64,000 nt of DNA, taken from assembly GCA_038087875.1 (NCBI GenBank), contig CM075990.1, positions 5,892,001-5,956,000 of the forward strand. The letters are read 5' to 3'. Made by a program: the position numbers and the translations under genes. Below, one piece after another: positions 12,301 to 24,493 of this stretch. This DNA comes from Malacoraja senta. Lineage: Eukaryota. The notes below the pieces were generated by a model. That model did no database searches. It was not told the DNA's origin and was given only the letters and a program-made list of their open reading frames with translations. The number at the start of each line of letters is the position of its first letter. Position 1 is the first letter of the stretch.

Positions 12301-13141
12301 GTGCTAATTCTGTAAATCTAAATATGGTTGTATCTGGCTATTGAAGTGTAGAGATAGGAACCTGATCTTGTCTTCATCTGAGCTTCATTTTCAGAGGAAC
12401 AGGAGTAGGCCATTCAGTTCCTTGAGCTTTTTCAGCTATTCAATTAAATATTCTCCAATGTTAAAACTATCTACTCACTTTGGTTTCATTTAATACTCTT
12501 GCCAATTAAAAAATATATCAATCTAGCAAATAGGAGTTATCAATATCATCAGATCGTGTGATCTGGACAAATGTATCCTTTCCTGGTCAAGGGATGCTAA
12601 CAGCTGCCTCCCTGTTTGGAGCTGCTTTGGTTGTCACTAAGGCTATTCACATCCTTGCTGTCAGAACTACTATAGGAGTTTTATCACTGGAAGCAGCACC
12701 AAAGTGTGGAATTATGCTCAATAGAAAATACAGTCTTGTATTAATACCGCAGCAATATTAATACAGTATACGGAAATAGTTTCATACCTTCACAGAAGTT
12801 TCCTTTCTGGAGTAGAGTATGAAAGATGCTTGGCAGAAAGGTGTCTTCTGTTTTCATTCGTCTCAGTTCACGTGCTAAGGCAACCACTGCGATTTTCTTC
12901 AATCCTACACGGGAAACAAAATTAGAAACAGGTTATTAAAGTCAAAACACTTAAATCTCGTTCAGTCACTTAACCGTAAAGTGCTGCTTTACAATGTCCA
13001 TTGCTGAATTCAAATAATTTGATGATTAATTTTTCTGGTGCAGAAAAGCAAAGTGCAAACATATCGCAAGACTCTACCTGTCATGCTCTTGAAATGTTGA
13101 TGCGAGATTCCGCAGCACAATTTGAATGTTGCTGGTAACAT
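9209..13141 (-). CDS. star: Steroidogenic acute regulatory protein-like gene (START domain), complete 7-exon CDS, 291 aa; probably a StAR2-type paralogue
   Basis: Exons 13141-13078, 12904-12788, 12071-11926, 11094-10936, 10823-10639, 10548-10455 and 9319-9209 (64/117/146/159/185/94/111 nt), all GT-AG, give an open 876-nt CDS. N-terminus [23 protein letters not shown]; motifs [30 protein letters not shown]. Confidence 0.93.
9845..10150 (-). mobile_element. Degenerate tRNA-derived SINE (HE1/V-SINE-like) in StAR-like intron 6
   Basis: gaaacagtcccttcggccca...tgcaaactccacacagacagcac...gtgaggcag. Confidence 0.7.
10455..10548 (-). CDS. star: StAR-like exon 6
   Basis: [31 protein letters not shown]; 94 nt. 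Confidence 0.93.
10639..10823 (-). CDS. star: StAR-like exon 5
   Basis: [62 protein letters not shown]; 185 nt. Confidence 0.93.
10936..11094 (-). CDS. star: StAR-like exon 4
   Basis: [53 protein letters not shown]; 159 nt. Confidence 0.92.
11583..11823 (+). mobile_element. tRNA-derived SINE (HE1/V-SINE-like)
   Basis: A/B-box-like head, ggagtttgtacgtt core, (AAACT)n tail. Confidence 0.8.
11926..12071 (-). CDS. star: StAR-like exon 3
   Basis: ...[39 protein letters not shown] flanks. Confidence 0.88.
12194..12287 (-). mobile_element. Penelope-pLTR-derived short repeat in StAR-like intron 2
   Basis: gatagacacaaggtgctggtgtaactcaacggg...ttcttcag. Confidence 0.75.
12788..12904 (-). CDS. star: StAR-like exon 2
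   Basis: [43 protein letters not shown] flanks, phase 1-1. Confidence 0.85.
13078..13141 (-). CDS. star: StAR-like exon 1 (mitochondrial leader)
   Basis: [22 protein letters not shown]; 64 nt as in human STAR; donor GTAGAG. Confidence 0.92.
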
Positions 13142-13202
13142 GGTTATTGAGCGATTTCCTGCTCTATTCTGAGCTTGTGCTTCATTTGTGCAGTGGCTCT
13201 GC

Positions 13203-13287
13203 TTTTATACTTACTGCACGAAGGCCAGTTTCTCTGATAAGAATGTGTGGATAGATACTCACCAGCTGAATACAGCGTTCAAGGACG
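13203..13287 (-). promoter_or_regulatory. Proximal promoter of the StAR-like gene (TATA, NR5A/SF-1-like and GATA sites)
   Basis: TATAAAA on the minus strand at 13203-13209; CGAAGGCCA 13219-13227; TGATAAG 13235-13241; TCAAGGACG 13279-13287. All lie within ~150 bp of the ATG. Confidence 0.65.
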
Positions 13288-14469
13288 ACAGGGGGAGCGA
13301 TGAGTGCAACATTATCACGGGTCATTCTGTGATAGATTCCTGAGCAATAGAGAGTGCTCTGTAATGAAGAATTACTCACAAGTGGGCATCAAGCATTCAT
13401 ATTGTTTCATTATTAATGGAGAAAGCTGACTAAATTGTTCACCAGCCTACTCAATGTTCTTGTTTATGGGTGGTTATATTACTTGTGTCCAAGCCTGGGA
13501 ATAGATATCAGATGTGTTGGAAGCTTGCTGGTGGTCTGACCAAGGATTGCCAACTCTGGTTGGATGGTTAGACATTTCAATAGATCTCATTTTGCTTTCA
13601 ACTATTTCACGTTTGAGTTTCCCCCAAGGATTGCCAAAAGTCCCACTTCACAGAATGATGCCTAATTGGACGGTTAAATATTTTTTTGTGTGTGTTTCAT
13701 TTTATTGATTGATTATGCTTAAAATTTGAATTGTCTATTTCTTCAAGTCTGCAATATATTTAGAACAAATGTTTAGAGATACTGAAATGTTAATTATTAC
13801 TCAGGACTATTCTATTACTCTATTACTCTTATTACTCTAGACTACTCGTTAGTTCAGACACTGTAAATTATTCCTAGAGGGTTTCCCAAAAGCTAAACTA
13901 AAGCAACAAGATCAGGTATCTTTGGAATTTATTTATTCATGTGAAATCCTTTATGTCACAAATATTCGGCTGTGTATGATTTTTGATGTCGATCGACAGT
14001 AATAATTTGAACCAACCACTGGGGGGTGGTACAGTTACTGTTTATGCTGTCAGTATTTTATGCTGATCCCCTCTTTCAAACAGATTCATAAATCAATGAT
14101 GCCTTACAGTTTATGCAGCTCCTGTAACCTTCTCAAGAGACCATACAAGGACCCGATGAAACAAAATGAATTAAGAAAGTATTAATTTGGTTAACCAAAA
14201 TCTGATCACTTTTCAGAATCTTAAGGTATCCTAATGTGCTTCACAGCCAAAGATGTATTGTGGTAACGTGGGAGAATTTTAAGAATGGGAAGAGTTGCAA
14301 AGATGTAAAAGGTAATGCTTGATGCTTTAATGAAATTGTGTCTTATAATGAATGATGGAGAGATCACAAGAAGATGTACAAACTGCATAGGCATCTTGGA
14401 TTGTGAGGCTCGGGTAGATTAACAGGTAGAGATGGGGGTGGCCAGAAAGGGATTTGATGATAAGGATGT

Positions 14470-14594
14470 TTAAGAAAGAACTGCAGATGCTGGAAAAATT
14501 GAAGGTAGACAAAAATGCTGGAAAATGTCAGCGGATGAGGCAGCATCTATGGAGCGAAGGAATAGGCGACGTTTCGGGTCGAGACCCTTCTTCA
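14470..14594 (-). mobile_element. Penelope-pLTR-derived short repeat
   Basis: aagaactgcagatgctgg...gacgtttcgggtcgagacccttcttca. Confidence 0.78.
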
Positions 14595-14646
14595 CTCAGC
14601 GATCCCTAATGCCTAAACCAATAAATCACAACAAACAATAGATTAA

Positions 14647-14862
14647 AGGGCCTGTCGCACTTTCACGACCTAATTCACGACCTCTGCTGAGTTTGCCCTT
14701 GACTCATACTCGCAGCATGGTCGTAGGAGGTCGTAGGTAGGTCGTGATGCTAGTCGTAGGTACTCGTGGCAGAAAGGAGGTTGGGGCGTTTTTCTAGCCT
14801 GATGAAAAATGCCCACAAGTAAAAAATGTCGTGAATTAGGTCGTGAAAGTGGGACAGGCCCT
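14647..14862. mobile_element. Shorter MITE of the same family
   Basis: TIR AGGGCCTGTC(G/C)CACTTTCACGACCTAATTCACGAC; left flank TTAA, right flank TTAG. Confidence 0.8.
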
Positions 14863-16139
14863 TTAGAATTGCACATAGAAATGGAATAAAACATGAAATA
14901 AGAGGCTCAAGGGACAGAATGAGCCACTCGTGTTTCTATCTCTGGTGACTGGAGACATTGTCATGATTTTAGTGGTGAAGTTATCTAAAGACATGGGCAA
15001 TTAATGTTTCCTAAAAATCCCCTCAGCAGATGGAAGGCGTACATTCAATTAATTAAATAAATCTGGTATAAAATGCTAGTATTGGAAAATACAACCATCA
15101 AACCACTGAAATGTCTTTAACAAATAAAAGTATATGGTTTATTTATTATCTTTATGGAGGGAAATCTACTGCACTTTTCTCGCCTAGCCTTTGTGCCTCT
15201 GAACCACCAACAATTGATTCTCAGATTCTCAACTACCCTCTGAAATCACCTCAGAAGTCCACCTGTTCATTCATTCATCATCGTTGAAAACATTAGCGAC
15301 GCAGTGGTGCTGGTTTCCAACGGGAATGGTGACGGACGCACCTCCAGTTCCTGCAGACCTCTGCCACTGGAAGTATAGGATTTTGGTGTGTGTGCTTTAT
15401 CATCATTCCTTACAATGCTATGTACAACAGTGGTCGCAACTTCCACTGAAGTGTGGATGGCCGTTGACTCGCTGGAAGCTCATCCGCCCTTTGACAGGTC
15501 TTGTTTTTGGTCCTGCTGGGGGTCCACAGCCCGCATCAGAAAATAGTATGGAATTGAAGGATCCCCATAATAGATTGGACTGACACATTTGCAGTGCAGG
15601 CATCAAATCCATTGATCCTCATCTCAGGTAATAGTTGACTGTCTCTTTACAGAGATATAACATAGTTTCTATGAGAAAGTGATGAAAGTGCTGCTCAATC
15701 TCTGTAACTCACCTTTAAATAAGTAAAATACATTAATTATAGCTCATGTTATGAGTGCACATTTATATATGATTCTTTATTTATTTGAAATCAGAAGATT
15801 TTGCGATCTCAAAATCCAGTGCTTTTCAGCCCGTTACACAACGTGGTCACTGTTTTAACCCAGAAAATGACATTAATACTTTAAGCAGATTCAGATATAC
15901 AGCTATGAAGAGACTATGGGGCAGCAGAATTAGTTTTGGAATGTTGAGGGAAAGATTTTAATCTCTATTCTGTAGATTTATGACAGATTGTTTTAACATG
16001 CTAAATGTAGTTATTGGAATGTTAAGGAAACAAGTCTGAAGTGAAAAGATCTCCAGAATGCTTTGAGAAATTCCACTTGCTTTCTTTCTGAATTACGATA
16101 AATATGATTTGAATTATATTAAATTAAATTAAAATAAGA

Positions 16140-17620
16140 TCATGGCTGATGTCATCTCACCGACCATACACTCATCCCTGGAACACCTGGATAAGAAGGA
16201 CACCAATGTCAGACTCCTAATCAGAGACTACAGCTCTGATTTCAATACTATTATCCCAACCAAGCTCGGTCTCCAAACTCATGGAACTTGGAAACAGCAC
16301 TCCCCTCTGCAACTGAATCCTTGACTCCCTGACCAACAGACCACAATCAGTGAGGAAAGGTGACAAATCATCCTCTACGATAATCCTCAACACTGATGCC
16401 CCCACAAGGATGCGTTCTCAGCCCTCTTCTATACTCCTTACACTCTATACCAAATGCTGATCCAACTCAATTTACAAGTTTGCAGATGACATCATCGTAA
16501 TTGGCCGGATATCACAAAATGGCGAGATGGAGTACAAGATTGAAATTGAGAACCTCGTAGCTGGTGCAAGCACAATAACCTTTCCCAAGACAAAGGAGAT
16601 TATGATTGACTTCAGGAAGTGAAGCGGTAAACACACACCCAAGTATATATTGATGGCGCTGAAGTAGAGAAGGTTGATTGCTTCGAGTTCTTAGGAATAA
16701 ATATCACCAGCATTTGGTCCCGGACCTGCCACATTCGAAGATATGGCCAAGAAAGCACACCAATGTCTCTAAATCATCAGAAGGCTTAGGAAGTTCGGCA
16801 TGTCCCCAACAACCCTCACCAACTTCTACAGATGCGCCGTACAAAACGTTTTATCGGAATGCATCACTGCATGATTTGGGAACCGCTCCATCCAAGGCCG
16901 CAAGAAATTGCAGAGAAGTAGCCCAGACCATCACACAAGCCAACCTCCTTCCATGGACTCCATCTACATCTCACATTGCCTCCATCTACATTTCACATTG
17001 CCTCAGCAAGGCCACCAGCATAATCAAGGACCAATTTCACCCTGGTCACCCCCTCTTCTCCCCTCTACCATCAGACAAGAGGTAGAGAAGTTTGAAAACG
17101 TAAATTCAGGATACACACAAGATGTTGGAGTGGGTGACTCAGCGGGTCAGGCAGCATCTCTGGAGAGAATAAATGGTTGACGCTTTGGGTAGAGACCCTT
17201 CTTCAGAAACGTCACCCATTCCTTCTCTCCAGAGATGCTGCCTGTCCCGCTGAGTTACTCCAGCATTTAGTGTCCATCTTCGGTTTAAACCAGCATCTGC
17301 AGTTCCCTCCTACGCATTTCCTCTAAATTCAGGGACAGTTTCTTCCCAGCTGTCATGAGTCAACTCAACTGTCCTCTTATCAGCTGGATTGCGGTCCTGA
17401 CCTACCATCTACCACCTTGTAGACAATTGAACGATCTTTAATTGGATTTTATTGGACTTTATCTTGCACTAAATGTTACACCTTTTATCCTGTATCTGTA
17501 CACTGTGGACGGCATGATTCTAATCATTTATAGTGTTATTGTTGATGGAGTAGCATGCAACAAAATGTTTTTAACTGTACCTCGGTACACGTGACAGTAA
17601 TAAACTAAACTAACTAAATA
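16140..17620 (+). mobile_element. Degenerate Rex1/Babar-like LINE 3' fragment
   Basis: HLDKKDTNVRLL..DYSSDFNTIIP, PQGCVLSPLLY- and FADD-like remnants, HPGHPLFSPLPS; (AAACT)n tail. Confidence 0.8.
17111..17323. mobile_element. Inverted pair of pLTR-derived repeats inserted in a Rex1-like LINE
   Basis: Minus copy then plus copy; direct repeat TAAATTCAGG at 17101-17110 and 17324-17333. Confidence 0.78.
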
Positions 17621-18196
17621 TTAATCTGAGCATAAAATGTCATTTAATGACAAATTCAGTGAAAGAAAGGGGATCTTAGTTTATCAATGCATTATCTAGT
17701 CTAGGTTGTCAAAGATTTTTACTACCATTAAAGGTTTGTGTGGTCACATTCACAATGTGGGACACCAGAGAAGATGGATTGCACACAACAATTTCCCTCC
17801 AGTCCGAGATGATTAAATAATGTTTAATATTACATGGACTCAGGGATGAATGTAGGCCAAGCCATCTTCAGCATCTTTTAACATGTTATTGCATCATACT
17901 TTAAAAAAAACAATGCATGTCCTAATTATGGAGAATGTGAGAGGAATTCAGGGGGCATAATTGAAAACTTGATTGAAGTGAATTTTGAAATGAGTTATAT
18001 TGGTAGAAAGATATATTTTCTAGGTTTCAAGAAGGGATTACAAGGATTGGGAATCATCTATCAGAAGATTGTGCTAACAATACAGGGAGGATAGGATGCA
18101 CACAAGCTCAGAACTGCAGGAGTGAAAACGTTGCAGAGACAGGGGTGGAAGAGGAAATGAAGGGATTTTAGTTAACTACGAAGATTATGGATTAAT

Positions 18197-18290
18197 GATA
18201 GACACAAAATGCTGGAGTAACTCAGCGGGTGAAGCGGCATCTATGGAGAGAAGGAATGGGCGATGTTTCGGATCGAGACCCTTCTTCATG
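18197..18290 (-). mobile_element. Penelope-pLTR-derived short repeat
   Basis: gatagacacaaaatgctggagtaactcagcggg...gagacccttcttca. Confidence 0.78.
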
Positions 18291-19659
18291 AACTGGGATT
18301 GAAAAGCAAAATTAATACGGATGCAGGATTTTGGGCAAATGCAAGACAGATTGTGTACTCTGGACAAACTGGATTTTACAGAGTGTGAACAGTGAAAGGG
18401 CAACTGAAAATTGCCATTAAAAATAGAAAACAAAGCACTGGGATGATGGGAACTTATTTGAAGAAGGTTTTGTAGTACAGCGTGCAACCGTGGACTCCAT
18501 CAGCAGAACACAGCATAGCATTTCCTCAACTGTTCAGTGGCAGGAGGGGAGTCAGAAACCATGGGTCTGGAAACCCACTGACTCTCATCCAGCAAGGACA
18601 TCTGTACACAGGAAGTTTCTTGCAAAGGTCACTGATCGCCTGGGTTAAGGGACATTCCTGGGGGCACCAAGGCCAATTTATAATAGTGGGACTGCTGCTT
18701 TGAACTAAACCAATGATTCAACATTAATGCCAGAATTAAATATAGGCATGTCGGTTTCCTCCTGCACTAAGCAGTACCTTTATCAAGTTCAGCTTCTTTG
18801 GCCCCAACCTTAAACTCATCCCTGAGCTACGTTTGTCCTCAGTATTTTTACATTGTTAACTAAACAATACCCCAGACTTGTTTGTGCTAACTTTAGATGT
18901 TTTATATTTTAATGGTTTGTTTTAAAATATAATTGCATCATATAGTAAAAGTTTGCAGTCAAAATTAATAGTTAAACTGTTGTGTAGTCTCAACAATAGA
19001 CTGTTTAGGAAATATACTTATGTAATCAGTGAAAATCTGATTAAGTGTAGAGGTTCCAATTCACATCCAAGAACAATGTTGCCCAGTTTTCTACGACTCT
19101 TTATAGCACTTAAGAAATTGACTCTAATGTCACCAATGCATGTAGACTATAAGTACCAACTATATTCATATCTTGTGTTTTTTGCTGTATTTTAGGAAAC
19201 TTATGACTGTTTCCATATTTTACATGCTTTTTGAAATTTGTTTGAACAGTGACTAGATTGTGTTCTTGTGTGAAACAGAAGAGGCAATGAAAGTTGTAGC
19301 CTTCAAACTGAAGGAACTGTAGAGGCGGAGTGAGATACAATCTTAAAGTTATTAGGCATACTGTTAGTTCAGAGCACATAGTGGGTAGACAAACGGAAAT
19401 GTAAATTTCCTCTTGGAAGAACATACAACGAGTTAAGATAATATTTAGTTAAATAGTGACACTGTTAATACTAAAATAATGTTGGTGGTTGTACATTGTC
19501 ACTCCTGGTTATGTTACCAGACAGACAAATTAGAAATCGAGGTTAATGATCAAGTCGAAACATAAATTTAAATCCACTCAGTAATTTGAAAACTTAAATT
19601 CTATATTTATTTTTGTCCAACTGGTTCACTCAGTGCTGCACCACTTGTACAATAGGAAC

Positions 19660-20935
19660 AATACATAAGGCTGTTGTTCATTGACTACAACTTGGCTTTC
19701 ATTACTATCATCTCTTCTGAATTCATCATTAGACTCAGGGAACCAGGTCTCTACTCCTCTCTATGCCGATTTCCTTATCGGCAGAACTCAATCGGTACAG
19801 GGGTGTCAGGGGTTATGAGGAGAAGGCAGGAGAATGGGGTTGAGGGGGAGAGTTAGATCAGCCATGATTGAATGGCGGAGTACACTTGATGGGCTGAATG
19901 GCCTTTTTCTGCTCCTATCACTTATGAATTTATGAGTTTAACAATAACATCTCCTCCTTACTGACCATCAGCACAGGGGAACCTCATGTCTGTGTGCTCA
20001 GTCCCCTGATCCATACCCATCAAGCTGTCGTAGCCAACTACAAGGCCACACATGGCCTCAACACCATCTTTACATTTGTCAGTGATGCCACTGCCATTTG
20101 AGGAATAATGGGCAACAATGAGTCAGAGTAGAGGAGGGAGAACGGTATTCTGGTTGAGTGGTGCCAGAACAACAAACTTGCTCTCAACGTTGGGATGGCA
20201 AAGAAGCTATTGATGACCAGGAAGGGAAAGCAGAGGGATGATGCATCATCCTCGGCGGGACATTGATGGAGATAATCAACAGTTCCTGACATTACACATC
20301 TATGATTATCCGTCCTGGGCCCAGCACATTGACGCCATCTCAAAGAAAAACCGTTAATGGCTCTATTTCCTCAAAGGTTTGCTGAAATTGAGCATGTTAC
20401 CCATTACTCTTGACTTCCGGTGCGTGGTGAAGAGCACACTAACTGGTTACATCGTGGCCTGGTTCGGTAATTTGAACTTTCATATAATAATTTAGCATTC
20501 GAATGACCAAAATAGGCCTCAAGAAGGCAGATATTATCATCAAAAGTACACACCACCCTGGCTATGCTCGCTTCTCTCTGCTACCATTTGGAAGAAGGTA
20601 GCAGTGAGCCTGACCCTGAGAACTGTTACCTTGAGGTTCAAGATCAACTTCTTACCATCAGCCATTGGGTTCTTGAACCACCTTGCACAACCCTACCTCA
20701 ACACCGAACTACCATGGACTTTTGACTGCTTTGGCATCGTGCTCTATGACATAGTGCATAGTGCCCTATGTAGTTTAGTATTTTATTATCATGGTCTTGT
20801 TTATTTAGCATAACTGATAATTTCTTGTATTTTTATTTTTGTTGTTATTTCTAATGTCTAATGTAATTTCTAAAGCTGCAGCAACGAAGAATTTCATTTT
20901 TCTGATTCATAATTGCAAATGACAAATAAACCCTG
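19660..20935 (+). mobile_element. Older Rex1/Babar-like LINE fragment with a nested CR1 3' end (~19795-19930)
   Basis: LFIDYNLAF..I remnants, tggtgccagaacaac, caccaccctggctatgct, gacaaataaa tail. Confidence 0.65.
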
Positions 20936-22639
20936 TTGATCTCTTTATCTTGCAATAAACAAATCTAGATATAGTAGATGATATCAAAAAAATAATGGAA
21001 GCCATCCGATTAGTGACTGATTGATGTAAATGGGATTTATTTATGGCTTTGATTTCGCAGCAGACTGCAAGACCAGGGAGAGTGGCCACTTAGTTTTGTG
21101 TTTTTTGGATGATATTAACGGCCTTCTTCAGGCCTAATTTGATAATTGGAACACTCAATGATCTTCTTGACCCACTATTTAACAAGGACACCTTGCATCG
21201 AGCCACAGCCACAAAACCAACGAGGATAGATTAAGTACAGAGAAGCTCAAAACTATTCATCCATGAAGCAAACATACCCAACAGAATTAACAACATTGTG
21301 ACCCTCCACAATATGTTTCTCCATGCTTCAACGAATCCCCTGTTATGTTCAAGTAAAGTGAGAAATGGAGGTGTGGAACTTGGTTCCTGGAGCACTACAA
21401 GCCCCAGAATCTTTAAAATGATTACAATACATAAAAATATAATTCATCCAATAGAGCCCAGGCCAACCTTCTGTAAGAGCAATCCCATTAGTCTCATTCC
21501 TGTTCAGTTGCATCCAAGTTTTTGTCATTGGTGCCCCTGAAATTTCCAGCGGTTCCGGTAGTAACTATCCCAACGTTTATGAAACAGTTGGACAGGTACA
21601 TCGATAGGACAAGTTTGGAGGGATATTTACCAAATGTGGGCAAGTTGGGCCGAAGGGCCTGTTTCCACTGTATCACTCTATGACTCTAATGGCCCAATGT
21701 GTTGAAGTCTGTCCTGCACACCTCAAAATTATACCCTAGAACCGGTGAGTCTGAAGAAGGATCTCGATTGAAAATGTCATCTATCCATTTCCATCCACAG
21801 ATGCTGCCTGAGTTCCACCATGCAGGTTGTTGCACGTAGTAAAGACTGGGACCTGAATTGAAGGGGTGAAGTTTGGATAGATCAGCCTGGGGTTGGGGAG
21901 GGAATCTTCAGGAATGGGGACACAGATTTTGGGCTGGACTGGGAGTTTTAAGTCCTCCATTAGGAGCTTTAGGAGAATTGCTGGGTTAAGAGCAAGGGCA
22001 GATCTGATGTTTATGGGAGCGGGTTGGGCACAATGGTTGGTCAATGGTGATGGCGTGACTTGTGGGATTACTGGGTCAAACTGGGTAATTGGCAGAATCT
22101 GTCAGGTTTGGATCCTCAGAATGTTCACTGAAGATGAGTGTTTGGAGAAGGAGCTTGGGTCTCGATGGATTGGGAATGAGTGCGATTGAGAACAGTGGGA
22201 TGAAATGGTTGGCACAGTTAAAGGTAAGTTTGCGACTTAAACATTTGGAGGACCTGATGAAGCTCTGCTGTGACAACACGTTATTCAGTGCTCTACGTAC
22301 ATGTGCAAGGCTCTAACTGGTACTCTGCATGGGGAATAATGACTTACCCTGTTTTTTTTTAATACAAAGAGCTTTTATTCAAATAAAAGCTTATTCAAAT
22401 AAAAGCTTTTATTCAATCGCCCGTAGCGGCGACTGCGGAGGCCTCAATAGGCCCCAACCACGGGTGAACAGAGGAAGTGGACTGAACTTTGGTGCCTTCC
22501 CTCACAGTGAGAAACGTTGATTCCGCTGGGGGGGGTGGGTTTATGTTTTATGTTAAATTCTATAGTGTTGTGTTTATCTTATTTGTGTGCTGAACTCAAA
22601 TTTCACTGCACCAATATGTGACAATAAATGTCCTTTGTC

Positions 22640-22975
22640 CTTAAACACCAATACAGAGTAGTAACAAAATCAAACAGTTATCAGATTAAAATATTGTCAA
22701 CTTTATCTACAACACACTCGACCCCCCATGGCAACCAGCCTTCACAGAAGGCCTCCAGAGTCCCTGTGTACACTGCGTGCTCCCTCTCCAGGTACATGCA
22801 GGAATGGACGTAGGCTCGGTAGAGGGGCAGGCCGTCGACCAGGGCAGAACCCTCGACTGCCCGCTGCCTGGACCCGCGAATAGCCATCTTGGCCAGGCCC
22901 GGGAGCAAACCGACAGGGAGACCCCCCCCCCCCCTTCCTCCCGACCCTCCACCCTCTGTACCGGGTGACATGAGT
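22640..22975 (-). mobile_element. Tx1/L1-clade LINE 3' fragment
   Basis: GLAKMAIRGSRQRAVEG...EREHAVYTGTLEAFCEGWLPWGVEC resembles the Tx1 ORF2 C-terminus. Confidence 0.65.
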
Positions 22976-24493
22976 TTCTCTGTAGGATCAGAAACTACTC
23001 CAGAAGTCCATGGATGTGTTGCGTTGGATAGATCCAAATGACTTCCCAGGGTGGCAGACAATATCTGGGAAACAAGTGCTGATGCCTTTCCATGTGAAAC
23101 ATATCGCAATGAAAAAGTTGATGTTGCAACTCACAGCAGCAGGGATTCAAGTTCAATTCTGACCTCGGATGCTGCCTGAACAGAGTTTATGCATTCTAGT
23201 TAAGTAGTGATGGTCTTAGTGCAATATGAATGAGTGACCTATGTTTAAGAATCTGGATTACAGAAGATGTTTGTTGTAGAGTTGAAATAATAACGGCAAG
23301 AAGTCATTTATAGGTGTGGTACATAAGCCTCCTAATAGTATCAAAAATTGTAAAGGAAAACATAATATAAACTTGTCAAAATATACAGCTATAATCATTG
23401 GTGTTTTTAATGCACGTTTAGAATGTGAAAATAAGATAGGCAAAACTAGCCTAGATGAGCAAATCATTGAGTATTTTAGAGATGGGTTCTGAGAACAGCT
23501 TGTTCTGGAGCCAGAGAACAGGCAATATTAGACCCGGCATGACAATGAGATTGGGTTAATGCATGTCCTTGAAGTGAAGGCATCACTGGGTGGCCATGAT
23601 TACTATACCATTAGATCTTGTATTCATTTTGCGCTATAGAAAAAAGGGTCAAGACTGGTATTTAAAACTTAAAAAGCACAATCAAGCGTGCACAATAATA
23701 GAGCATGCCAGTAAACGGGCAAACTAGGTTAAAGGGCATTCAGTCATGATGCAATGGTGTATATTTCAGGGGTTCATTTAGAATATCCAAAATAGATACA
23801 TTCCAATGACGAAAAATTGCTGCAAGGGGTGAACCCACCATCCATGTTAATATTACACTATAAAAGAAGATAGACACAAAGTGCTGATGTAACTCAGCGG
23901 GACAGGCAGCATCTCTGGAGAGAAGAGATTTCAGGCCTTGAAGAACTGAAATGTCATCCATTGCTTCCAGGGCCGGATTTAGATGAAGAGAGGCCCTAAG
24001 CTATTTCACTTGTGAGCCCCCCCCCCCCCCAATCCCCCACCCCCACGACTAGAGGACCATGACTACCCGACAGTGACAGTGTGACACTTTTAGATCCTAC
24101 TGTATGTTGTCATTAAACAGTTGGTTTTAAAATACATATTGGATTCACCGCGGAGCGGGTGATGCCTTGCCTGCATCGCCGTATGAAGCTCTGGAGTGTT
24201 GGGCCTGCTGCTTCAACATCAGAGTTGTGGTTTGTGGAGCTCCCAGCCTCGGGCCGCGCTGATTTCAAAATCGCGGAGCCCTGGGATCGCTTTGCCAAGG
24301 GCCGCCATCGTGAATCTCCACCCTGCTCAGCCTGTGGACTTCGGGAGCCGTGGTCTCCGGTAGGAAGTGGCCGATTCATAAGTCCAAGCTGCTGAGAATG
24401 TTCTCCCATACCGATATCGGATGGTGACCCCAAATTTCATTGTACCAATTGGTGCATGTGACAATAAGTGTCTCTTGAATTGAATGTGGAATA

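Noticed and set aside
21840..22320. Possible coding exon or Penelope 5' fragment
   Set aside because: Several short overlapping ORFs with no convincing motif or splice pattern; probably a decayed retroelement, not classifiable by eye.
22681..23109. 142-aa ORF or CpG-island gene
   Set aside because: The recognisable part is a Tx1-like LINE ORF2 C-terminus; no exon structure.
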